A stretch of 59,857 nt of DNA, the filler included, from Nemertoderma westbladi (taxonomy: Eukaryota; Animalia; Xenacoelomorpha): the NCBI GenBank assembly GCA_032718475.1. It is 3 parts of 3 records of this genome, joined end to end, with 100 filler letters (N's around TTAATTAATTAA, not from the genome) between each part and the next. Parts side by side here need not be neighbours in the genome. Positions count along the whole stretch, not along the records: positions 16,265 to 44,099 come from JAUCBJ010000545.1; 2 more parts are not named here. The stretch is one strand, 5' to 3'. The notes beneath the pieces were generated by a model. The model saw only the letters and a program-made list of their open reading frames with translations, was not told the origin of the DNA and did not search any database. A program made the position numbers and the translations under genes. Below are positions 25,113-35,985 of the stretch, piece by piece (positions within the stretch are counted from its first letter, which is position 1; every line of letters starts with the position of its first letter).

Positions 25113-26522
25113 CTGTATAGGATAATTATTTCCTGTATTACAGTGTTGCGCAATGGCTGAATGGTAAACATTTAAAAGCCAATGCTGCAATGGGATGATT
25201 CATTCTTTAAGTTCCCTTTCAGCCTATGTAAATGATTGAGCCAATCCAGCAATCAGGTTACAATTTGCTGATTTGCCGGCTTCAGTCCGTCATTTGTCCA
25301 GACAACAAAGAACGGATTCTTAGTTTGGAAGTCGATAATTCAAATTAACCGCGTGGATTTCGGCAAACCGCAGTCCGTAGTCAGGTAGTCCGCCAGTCCG
25401 CAGTCCACTCTTTACATGCACCCAGAAGAAAGTAACCATGTATTAATTATGTACTGAACTGACAAACTGATATATCACTGTATCATGGCGTACTATATCA
25501 GTTGGGTATTCTCAGCGAGATTTGGTTTCTTTGTGAAACCAAATCTGGTTTCACAAATTCAAAGTATCACTAACAAATCCCTTTCAAAAATTAAATTTAA
25601 AAATTGTAATAATAATCATAGGAATTGATTTACAAAAATAGTACCACCAGAATGCCCTTACAAAACTGTATTGTTTGTACGTTACGAAATTTTGTTTCCA
25701 TACGTGCTGTTTTTGAATAAACACAACAAAAACAATTTGCGACCAGATTTGGTTTCACGACATTTTCTTTAGGTTGGAATAATGATGTAATGGCGGTCTG
25801 CCTTTGAGTTACCACTGCACCTTGGATGAGTGACAGACTAATTGCCTCTGGCAGTCAGGGAGATCATCAAATTTGAGAATACCTCAAATTTCAAATTATA
25901 GACCCAATTTTCGAATTACCTCAAATTTAATACAAGGTTAGGTTAATTCTCTAAATTTGAGTTTTACCCCAAATTTGAATTTCATAGCAGCATAGTCAGA
26001 TACAGACAGCAGTCATAGTTAGCCTAGTTCAGTAGTTGTTAGATTGTTACTGTATTGCAAAGGTAAAAAAATAAACTGATGTGGGCCTAGCACATAGTGC
26101 TGTAGTGTCTGACTGTCTGAGTGTTGTGAAATATAATATTGAAAACATATTCAGTATTAGTTAAAAAAGGCTTATACTTAAAAAGGCTACTGGTAGGGGT
26201 GCAGTGGGGTGTTATGATCAGATGGTAGACATATAAAACGAAGTACAGAGCTTGAAGAACTTATATTTTTATATTGTTACTTTTTTGCTTGAATATGCCC
26301 TAAAATCGGGAGAAAAAGTAGTAGGCCTACTTTTTTACCCTACTGGTAGGGAAAAAGTTGTCCCCATAATTGTAACTTTTTGTTGGGCACGGCTTTTGCA
26401 AAGTCGGCAACACAGCAACCTGCAATAATATTGAATCATTTTGCCACATAATAATGTACCATAGAGCCATAATTTTGCATTGATTTTACTTTTTCTCCCG
26501 GAAAAAAAAGTAAAATAAAACA

Positions 26523-26803
26523 TTGGCACTTGTGTCAAATAGGGGACCCTCCTAGCTCCTAATCTGCTAATCCTGAATCCTGAAATCACCTAAACTAAAG
26601 TCACTTTCACTAGTCAGCTAGTGCCCGGTTACAGGGTTAGCAAAGGAGCAGGTTACAGAGGTGAGTTGAGTTGAGAGTAACCAAAAAACAATAAACAAGA
26701 GTTAGGAATATTGATATCACCTGCACAAAATTTCAGGATTAGCTGGTGATTTTAGGATTAGCAGATTAGGAGGGTCACCAATTTGATTTGACACAAGTGC
26801 CAA
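26523..26803. repeat. Inverted repeat / fold-back (possible small MITE)
   Basis: Arms TTGGCACTTGTGTCAAAT...CTAATCTGCTAATCCT and AGGATTAGCAGATTAG...ATTTGACACAAGTGCCAA; no clear TSD. Confidence 0.6.
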
Positions 26804-27059
26804 AATATTTTAGGTGGAATTTCTAAAATTTCATTGAATGTGTTGATCAAAATTTTTGATCGAAATTTGAGCAAAATCCATCCCTACACACTATTGCAAT
26901 GCAACTTTCAGACTTTAGTGCCTGCAAGGTGTACTCCAGAGATGAGATAAAGCCTCGAGAATAGTGAAAAAGGTTATACTTTTTGCCCAAGTTATAAATG
27001 ATTCTGGTTCCTCATAAAGTCAATTTTTAAAAGGATGTATGTATGTATAGTATAACTGT

Positions 27060-27800
27060 ATAAACAAACAGTCACTTAGATTTCTAAAACATTTCAGATG
27101 TCTTGATAAGAAAGCAGAGTCTAAAGACTGTTTAAAGGAATAGCGATTAGTGATGATGATGATGATGTTTCTTACTGTGTTCCAGGTCCAGCATGTTCCA
27201 TATGTTAATGACCCTGATAAAGAAGAGGTGATGTATGCATTATGGAACATGCAGAAATGGCAGCATGGGCAGATGGGCGGGGCATGGCCTTTGCTTTATA
27301 ATTTTATATATATGGCCAGGTCATGATTGCATTGGATGTCTGGCTGGGATATTAAAAAGTCTGCGAGGATGTTGCACATTGTTGTAATGGAGGATCAGGT
27401 TTAGATCTTTACATATAAGTTTAAAGCACATTATCAAATTGAACTTTAATTGATGTATACTGCAGTAGGTGGTGGTTCCAACTTTAGAGTCTCCAGTCGT
27501 CGTATAGAATAACTAACAAAAGAATCAAGTCCACATATATTGTATAAACCACGTCAACCTTCTGACCTTTGCGGCCACATTTGTCTAGAAATGGACTCCA
27601 AACTGTGGAAGAATGATGGTACAGTATTCCAATTGACAGATAGAGCTAGGGCAGGCGAATAGTACATAACACATAAGTCTTCAGGCTGTCAGGAAGAGGA
27701 ATGGCTTCATTTGATATACAAAGTTTTAAAGAGGACATCCAACAATCAGAAAACATATTTTTTTCTGAAGATGTGTGATATGAATGATGAACAGAACCGA
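27060..27800 (-). pseudogene. Degraded CR1-group LINE ORF2 3' fragment
   Basis: Broken-frame peptides LEYC, NLIMCFKLI and FFIRVINIWNML, typical of CR1/L2 ORF2 C-termini. Confidence 0.5.
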
Positions 27801-29390
27801 TGAATGCCAGAATATGTAAACTACCAAATTCTGGAATTGATTCAACATCTACAAGATATAGTAGGCCTTCCTGAGTCTGTGACTGTGCAGCTGTGTGAGC
27901 TTGAATCTTGCAACAGTGAGGATTTGGTCTACTGTTCTTCTTACCAACAGTAAGGCTGTAAGGAAGGATAGCGAATTTCTCCAGTCTTCTCTATTTTTAT
28001 CACCAATCACTAACAGAGTTAACAATCATTAAAGTTATTGACTGTAAGTTGCTGTGCTGTAAGGTTAAGCCTACCCTGTATACATGTCATGTCACAGGTT
28101 ACACTGGTCAGTGGTCAGTGGTCACCCATTCTCACCAAGCTCTATAAGCACTAAGCAGCAAAGCCTACTGCCTACTGCTACACCCTACTGCTGGCAGGCT
28201 GGTGATGTTGTAAAGACTGTCGAAATTTGAGGTTTTGTCTCAAATTTGAGGTTTAACCTCAAATTTCAATTTTTGCCCACAATAAAAGCATGTTTGCATC
28301 GGTGAATTATTTTATTGCATCGATAAAAGTTCTTATTTTACATTATATTTTAACATATTAAAAGTAGAAGTTGCTCCAACAGTTTCCCTAAGTCGCAGCA
28401 ACACTCGATATTATGAGCCTAAAAATACCTCAAATTTGAACAAAAAACCCCAATTTTCGACAGTCTATTACCAGAATTCGAAATTTGGGGTAACCCCAAA
28501 ATTTATGATCTCCCTGACTGTCTGGGCTTTCAGCTAACCAGCTAACTGGAGCCTCACAGAGAGCACAGGTGGCTAGGACAGTAGGAAGGGAGATTAGTTA
28601 GCTGGTTAGTTAGGCAAGCTGGTGGATATGAGGTAGACTAGACACACACCAGGCCAAGCCTAGCTACAGCTCTGTTGGTATTACTTACTAACCGACCTTG
28701 TGTATGTTGATGGCTTGCCGCCCACCTTGGACACAATGCAATTTGGGTTGTGTTCCAATATGTAAATGTAAGGCCTCACCTCTTGCTTACAACCCTGTGG
28801 GCTTAGACTGTGGTTTCATTAAACCGTCATATTGGCCTACTGTACAGCTGTATGTAGCCCAGGTTGGAATTCATGCATGAGCGCGCAGGTACGCTTTGTT
28901 GTTTTGAAATCACCGCGCACCTGAAATTGGCTCGTCGCGCACCTCATCATATGTCATAATCCAAACAAAATCGCGCAGCTCATGTCATGCATATCTCAAA
29001 AAATCGCACAGTTCATAAGAACAATTTTACATTCCTATTTTACAAGTTTGAGCGTTTTAAGCTTATCTTTACGTCTGTCTGTCTGTACGTTGAATCTAGG
29101 CTTACATAATAAATGTAATTTTTGCAACATCAAAATTGTTAATATTAAAAAATATTTTTTTAATCCACTACTAGGGCTCGATCGGAGTTGGGATTTGGCC
29201 GGAGCCGGAGCAGGAGCCGGAGTTGGACAATTTGGCCGGAGCCGGAGCAGGAGCCGGAGTTTTTCAAAAATTTTAAAAATTTAATTATTTATTTAAAAAA
29301 AAATAAAGTATGGTTATCGTTCGCCAATCACTCATAATCAATCATACTGTAGGTCTAATTAATTTCATAATTTGTAGATTTACGAATTTT

Positions 29391-32300
29391 ATAGATAGAT
29401 TTATTTATACATTATGTAAAAACAATAACAAATACACCAAACAATGTACCGGTATAAAGGTATTGTCCAACATAACATATAGGATTACCCCTAAAGCTTT
29501 GCAGCTTATTTCCAAGGGGGTCCTTTATGTTACTTGGTTACAAATACAATATTACACTACCCTAACCTAAAACCAATATAAAACGTAATTACACTATTTA
29601 CATGTACAACTTTACCGAGAGCGTGACAATGCCCGACTCAACGATAAAGATGTAATGTACAGAACAATTTATTATAAAACGTAATTACAGTATAAATAGT
29701 AAATAATTAATAAACTAATAACTTACTGTAGGACTATTGTACCTATTTTTACATTGCACACGGAGATGAGATTTAACTGCAGATTTAAAAGAATGTTGAT
29801 TATCTAGGTTTTTAATTTCATTAGGCAGATCGTTCCAATTTTTTATGCCGTTAAAAAAGAAAGTATCAGATTCAAAGGATTTACAATTCGGGAGGTAGAA
29901 GTTTGAAGCACTAGCTCTGGTACTGTAAGAGTGTGTATCGCGTACTCTGTTGAATTTTTGTTTTAGGTAATTGGGACATTTACCATTATACACTTTATGC
30001 ACATGGTTAAGGCGTAGCTGCTTAACTCTACTATCTAAGTTAAGTAGTCCAGATTCAGAAAAGTCATCTGGAGTTAGGTGGTGCCTAGGTTTGTAGTCTT
30101 TAATAAATCGTACTACTTTATTCTGAGCTACTTGTAATTTACATTTAAGCTGTTTGGTTAAGCCTTCATACCAAGAAGAGCACGCATAGTCCATGTGACA
30201 CTATTAAAGAAGAGCAAAGTAACTTGCGGGAGTCGGTGTTCAAACTATTTTTATTTCTGTATAGAAACCTAAGCCTACTGTTAACTTTCGAGAAAATATT
30301 TTTCACTGTACTTTCTCCTGACAGTAAGGGAAAATACCCCGAATCGGGGTACAGCTCTATACACCGAATCGGTGTCATAGTGGAAAATAGTGACACCGAT
30401 TCGAGATTTTCAGTAGAAAGCTATACCCCGAATCGGTGCTCTACTAGAAAATCTTCAGGCAGCGGAAAAATTAGGTATACCCCGAATCGGGGTATAGGAG
30501 TTATTTACGCCCCTCCAGAAAAATGATGTTTCACTCACGCCAGACTGGAATTCATAGTGCGAAAATTACATTTTGTGCAGTACAATACTGTTTCATACAG
30601 TCATAATATAAATGTGGTAACCATATTGATAGATAGGGCCTACTACTGAAGTATGGGAGGTACTGTATATTACTATACTATATTGTACATTTACATTATT
30701 ATTATTGCAGTGTTTTGTCTATCAACTGATATATAAATATGGATATGATAACAAAAAGTATGTTTTTTAATCGACACAGAGTACCAGTACATTAGTACCA
30801 GTACAGTAAATTCCATTATTAAGAGATAGGAGCAGGTTACAGTAGCTGCTTTTTTTTAACCAAAACAATACATGAAACTACATTTCGAAATTGAGGGAAA
30901 ATAGTAAGTTGTAGTTACAGTGGTGGGGTGGTGCTTTTAACTACTCAACCCACCCCTCTAGGTGTACAACTTAATCCGAGGATGACTAATATTAGACAAT
31001 GTAGGCCTACGCCATAATAAAAAATAACATGTAATACTGTAAATCACATTAGCGGCAACTGCTCTGCCACCAGGAATAGCTCACATTATAAACTTGGCCC
31101 ATTTATTACACTACCAATTTGTCACTGTCACGAGACCATATGTGGAGAAACCAAAGGCTAATTACTACGTGGTGTACTCAAGGTAGCCTCGGGAGAAACG
31201 ATATGACAGTTTGATAAACAAATTTAATCGTAGGACAATGAACCAGATATTATTTATACAGCAGATCTACCATTGGAAGACTGGTTTCGTATTTTCCATA
31301 TCAGTCAACAGAGGCGTTATTTATTTAACTTTTATCTGCCACCTGTCTTAATTGAAAATATATTAAATATTTTAATTAATTTGTTCGTTTATATAACACT
31401 AATACTAATTAAAATATGAATTACATCACGAAAATCCATTAAAAAATATAAAAAACGACTAGAAAATATACACCGAATCGGTGTCAGAGTGGAAAAAAAG
31501 AGCCGATTCGGTGTATTTTCGAGAAAATTGAATTCCTGAATCGGTGTACTAGAAAATACTGACCCCGAATCGGTACTACTGCAGGCTGTATGAATATATC
31601 GCAAGCCCCCATTCGGGGTACAGGGAGTCCTGGATACCCTGATTCGGGGTATAATTTACATTAGATTTTCCGGTACAATATCGAAGCCGGAAGATTTCAT
31701 TATTACTCCAAAGTTTTCTTATTTGTAGTACACACCAATGTGTATTCGAATATGTTAAAACGAAATTGCGGAATTAAAATCTTCATATGCGGAAATGAAG
31801 GAGAAAAAATGTCTATGGGAGAACCCCGAATCGGGGTATACCAAAACCCCGAATGGGGGTTTGCTTCTATACCCCGATTCGGGGTATTTTCCCTTACTGC
31901 CTGATAAGCAGTTATCCAATGTGGCGCCTAAATATTTAACTTCCTTTTTATTTTCAATCTTATGTCCATTACTAGTGACTTCAAACTTAGTTACCTTCTT
32001 TAACTTTCTTTTGGAACCAAACAAAATACTTTCAGTTTTACCGTAGTGAATGGATAGCTTATTATCAACCAACCACTCATTACAGGATTCTAGAACTGCA
32101 CTTAACTTTTGGGAAATATGGATAGGATCTTTATGAGAGAAAATAAGAGCACTGTCGTCGGCATATAAAATGAGTTTAAAATCGGGATCTATACTACTTA
32201 TCATATCATTTACATAGCATACAAAAAGCAGAGGACCTAATATACTACCTTGCGGTACACCACAGGTAATCTCTTGTACAGTAGACAGCGATTTGCTAAT

Positions 32301-32725
32301 GACTACAGTTTGACCTCTGTCTGACAGGTAGGACTTGAACCAGTCTATAGAACCTACACCCATCAGGCCTAACTTACCAAGCAGAATTTCGTGATCTACA
32401 GTATCGAAAGCCTTTTGTAGGTCCAACATTACCATACCAGTATATAAACCCTTTGCGTTATTACATCTAATTGTATCAGTTAAGTTAATAAGGCAGGTGT
32501 CTGTAGAATATGATTTACGAAAACCGGACTGAAGTTCATAGATCAGATTTAGCCTACTAAGATGTGCCTCCAGCTGTAGAAAAACAGAACGTTCTAGAAT
32601 TTTAGATACAATACTTAAGATACTAACAGGTCTGTAATTACAGGGTTCTACTTTACTATTCTTTTTATACAGAGGAACAACCTTAGCTAATTTCAGTTCG
32701 TCTGGTACTACATTATTTTTTCATT
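29391..32725 (-). mobile_element. 5'-truncated L2/Crack-type LINE (RT pseudogene), interrupted at 30322-31899
   Basis: [60 protein letters not shown]; 3' UTR ending AATAAATCTATCTAT; frameshift near 30196. Confidence 0.9.
30322..31899. mobile_element. Non-autonomous DNA transposon with 5-bp TSD (hAT5- or Transib-like), second family
   Basis: ~30-bp TIR CAGTAAGGGAAAATACCCCGAATCGGGG; TSD CCTGA (30317-30321, 31900-31904); removal restores the LINE frame LDNCLSG|ESTVKNIFSK; palindromic CCGAATCGG subterminal repeats. Confidence 0.92.
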
Positions 32726-34353
32726 ATTTTCAATTTAAGTAATTAATTTATCACGGACAGACGGCCTGACGCTGACGGCCTGATCCTGACGGCGACGGCC
32801 TGACGCTGACGGCTAAAAATTACCTACAGTACCTAACTCGCTAACTGTCTAACTGTGGTAGAGGTGTGTACTGTAGGTAGCCTACCGTACGTGTACCAGT
32901 ACTGCAGTACAGTATGCTGGCATGCTTGACAGCAGTAAATGGCTGCAGTGGTACAGTCTGACAGTGTACAATCATAGCATTTACAATTTTTTAAAGTAGG
33001 GCCTATCTGTAATAGTCTGCTAGTCAGCCAGCTGGCCAGTACCAGTACTGCAGTACAGTCAGTCAGTCATTGTCATTGACTTTAAGTAAATACTGCAGTA
33101 TTATCAGATTATACTTGATATTGAAGCTGTACTACAGTCTGACAGTACGGTACTTATAGTGTTAAATAATTGTTCAGATTAGAATATGCACGAAATACCG
33201 GTATAATACTTTATTAAAAAATTAACTCCGGCAATATTTTTACCGGAGCCGGAGCAGGAGCCGGAGGTGCCAAAATGGCCGGAGCCGGAGCCGGAGGCCG
33301 GAGCTCCGATCGAGCCCTATCCACTACTATGGTGGCCCATCGGGCTCACTGCTTTTATAACAGAAAATATTATTTTAGATTACAAACAAAACATGTACCG
33401 GTAATTTCAAAAAAACGAATATTGAAATAGGTACCAGTCTGCCAATAATACTTTGTATAGGCCTCCTAACAATTAGGCTTAAACATACAGTTGGCTTATA
33501 ATTAAGTCATACTTATAATACATTGTTACTTTCTGACTTTACTACCTGTTTACTAACGTAACATCGGCATAGCATAGACCTAATAACAATACAACAATAG
33601 AGTACTGTAGTTAAAATAAATAGACAAATTCAGCTCCGGTTGCCGGTATTACAGTATTATGGTGAAGTGATTTGACTGTTTGAAGAATTGGAAATGAGAA
33701 ATTAATGCGAGCGCAGCGAGCGAAATTTTTTTGTGTATTTTCGTGATTTCAATTAATTTGTGGTGCGCATCAGAGGCAGAGCTGCGCGCTGAGGCGCAAC
33801 GCGCACCTGTCTCACACCCGAACGCGCACCTGTCTCACCCAAACGCGCAACGCGCATCTGGTTTGCGGTCATTCGCGCAGGTACGCGTCCGAGTTTTGCA
33901 GCATGAATTCCAACCTGGTATGTAGCTAGGAAGGATGAGCTACATGAGCTGAAGTTTCCCTAAAATTATACTTGGACATGGACAAGTTGGCCTTTAGTCT
34001 GTCTATATATTGCATCGCATTCAATAAATTACATCTTGTTGTCGGAGACGGGGGGGGGGGGGGGGGGGGGGATGGGGAAACTCCCGAAACTGGACGCAAA
34101 ACCCGCCTTGGCGAATTAAAATCCCTCATGTACAGTACATTATGTGGATCCATAGTTACAGCAATTAATATCTAAGAGCCCGCGAAGTGGTGGGGCATTC
34201 GCCCCCCCCCCCCCCCCCCAGTACAGCAGTAGTAATAGGGTTAAATGTCAAGTAATTATTTCGAATAATGTATCAAGCCTTTTACTGTTATTTTAATTAT
34301 CATTCAGCTACAACAAATTATTTGTAATATTATGGGTGTAAAGTAAACGTTGA

Positions 34354-34541
34354 GCAGACACTGGTGCAGACAGTGATGCAGACAGTGGTTCAGACACTGG
34401 TGCAGACAGTGGTGCAGACAGCAGTGCAGTCAGTGATGTAGACAGTGGTGCAGACACTGGTGCAGACAGTGGTGCAGACAGTGGAGCAGACAGTGGTGCA
34501 AACACTGGTGCAGACAGTTGTGCAGACACTGGTGCAGACAG
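34354..34541. repeat. 12-bp minisatellite (GCAGACAGTGGT-type), ~15 copies
   Basis: Tandem periodicity read directly. Confidence 0.9.
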
Positions 34542-34789
34542 TAAAGGGGCGAGCAGGTTAGTAAAGGAGCAGGATTCAGAGGAGTATTGGGGGAACCAAA
34601 ACAATAAACGTTATTGTTTTGCGGGCTAAGAATACCCAAGGGCCAAGAATACTCAATTCCTGAGACCTTACTGTAGTTAGTGAATTTATCTCCCCAGCAT
34701 GAGACAATAACTTAATGAGCTCGTTTTATTATACAGTAATAAGCAGTGGCTCCAGTGCTCCAGTAAAGGTAAACAAATTAAACACCAAG

Positions 34790-35985
34790 TTCCATTATTC
34801 ATAGTATTATTGTACCTATCATTAAAGATAAAACGGTGCTATAGATGAGAAATCAAACTATCGGCCCGTTGCTATTTCAACAGCAATAAGTATGATATTT
34901 GAACGTATTTTATTATCTAGAATGCAGTCTTTCTTAATTTGTAGCGATCACCAATTCTCATATAAGGCAAATAGCGGTACCGAGCTTTGTGTATATACTC
35001 TGAAAGATTGATTATTACTTAGATAATGATTCTCCTATGTATATTTGTTTCTTGGATGCATATAAAGCATTTGACAGAATAGAGCACGATAAACTTTTTC
35101 AGAAATTAATAAATAGGAATGTACCACTCTATTTGGTGCATATTTTAGCCTTTTGGTACCGACATCAAACATTACAAGTGCGCTGGGGTGCTACATATTC
35201 CAGAACGTTTGCAGTGTTTAATGGCGTGAAGCAAGACGGAATATTATCTGGTTATTTATTTAATGTTTACATGGACGACTTATCCCGTAAACTTATAATG
35301 GCTAACGTAGGTTGTTCAATTAATGGTCAAAGGATTAATCATACAATGTATGCAGACGACATTGGTTTAATGTCAAATTCACTTATAGGTTTACAAAAGT
35401 TAGTTAATGTGTGTCAGGAATATGCAATTTCACATTCTATATTGTTTAATTTAAAGAAGACTAAGGTAATGTTTTTGTGCCCGAAATCTTGTAACTTAAG
35501 TACAATAGCTCCAATATATTTATACTCAGCGTGTTATTTCTAGAACTGATAAATTTACATATTTAGGTCATATAATACACGAATCACGTGATGATGATCT
35601 TGACATTAAGAAACAAATAGGTAGTATGTACGCCCGTACAAATACGTTGTTTAGAAAATTTAGTACCTGTACCGTTGCAGTGAAAGTTCGTTTATTTCTA
35701 GCGTTTATAACTCCACTATATTGTAATGCTCTATGGTCACGTAGGAACTATTCATCTGTTGTCTATAATCGGTTAAGGGTAGCATACAATATTGCAGCAA
35801 GAAAGCTATTTTTCATCTCTGTAGGTTCTAGTATGTCATATTTCTTTGGTTGTAACAATATTCCGTGCTTCATTCATTTACGTTTCAAATCAATTCAAAG
35901 TTTATTTCGTAGGATAAAATGTTCCAGTAATTATATTGTAAATGCTGTATATCGTTACACCGCATTGCATAGTTCTGAGTTGTAA
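34790..35985 (+). pseudogene. Degraded LINE reverse transcriptase (RTEX-like)
   Basis: NYRPVAIST, FLDAYKAFDRI, WYRHQTLQVRWG, GVKQDGILSGYLFNVYMDDL, MYADD, YLGH; frameshifted; 3' end runs into the satellite. Confidence 0.85.

Larger units (their letters stand above)
22327..25423. mobile_element. MULE-like non-autonomous DNA transposon with ~200-bp TIRs, host to nested MITEs
   Basis: Ends GGGTGCATGTAAAGAG / CTCTTTACATGCACCC with long imperfect inverted homology; 9-bp TSD AGAAAGTAA (22318-22326; 25427-25435 after a 3-bp AGA duplication). Confidence 0.8.
25852..28520. mobile_element. Non-autonomous DNA transposon with 5-bp TSD (hAT5- or Transib-like)
   Basis: TIR CAGTCAGGGAGATCAT / ATGATCTCCCTGACTG; TSD TCTGG (25847-25851, 28521-28525); palindromic CTCAAATTTGAG subterminal repeats. 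Confidence 0.85.
29172..33319. mobile_element. hAT MITE (GCCGGA-repeat family), third copy, split by a LINE
   Basis: Same TIRs as 23474-25112; 8-bp TSD TCCACTAC (29164-29171, 33320-33327). Confidence 0.92.
28859..33918. mobile_element. hAT-like non-autonomous element, outermost layer of a four-level nest
   Basis: 18-bp TIR CCAGGTTGGAATTCATGC / GCATGAATTCCAACCTGG; 8-bp TSD TATGTAGC (28851-28858, 33919-33926); CGCGCA subterminal repeats. Confidence 0.85.

Noticed and set aside
23800-34639. Low-complexity ORFs (RSRSRS, PAPAPA, SAPLSAP, CLHHCL)
   Set aside because: They are translations of GCCGGA subterminal repeats and the 12-bp minisatellite.
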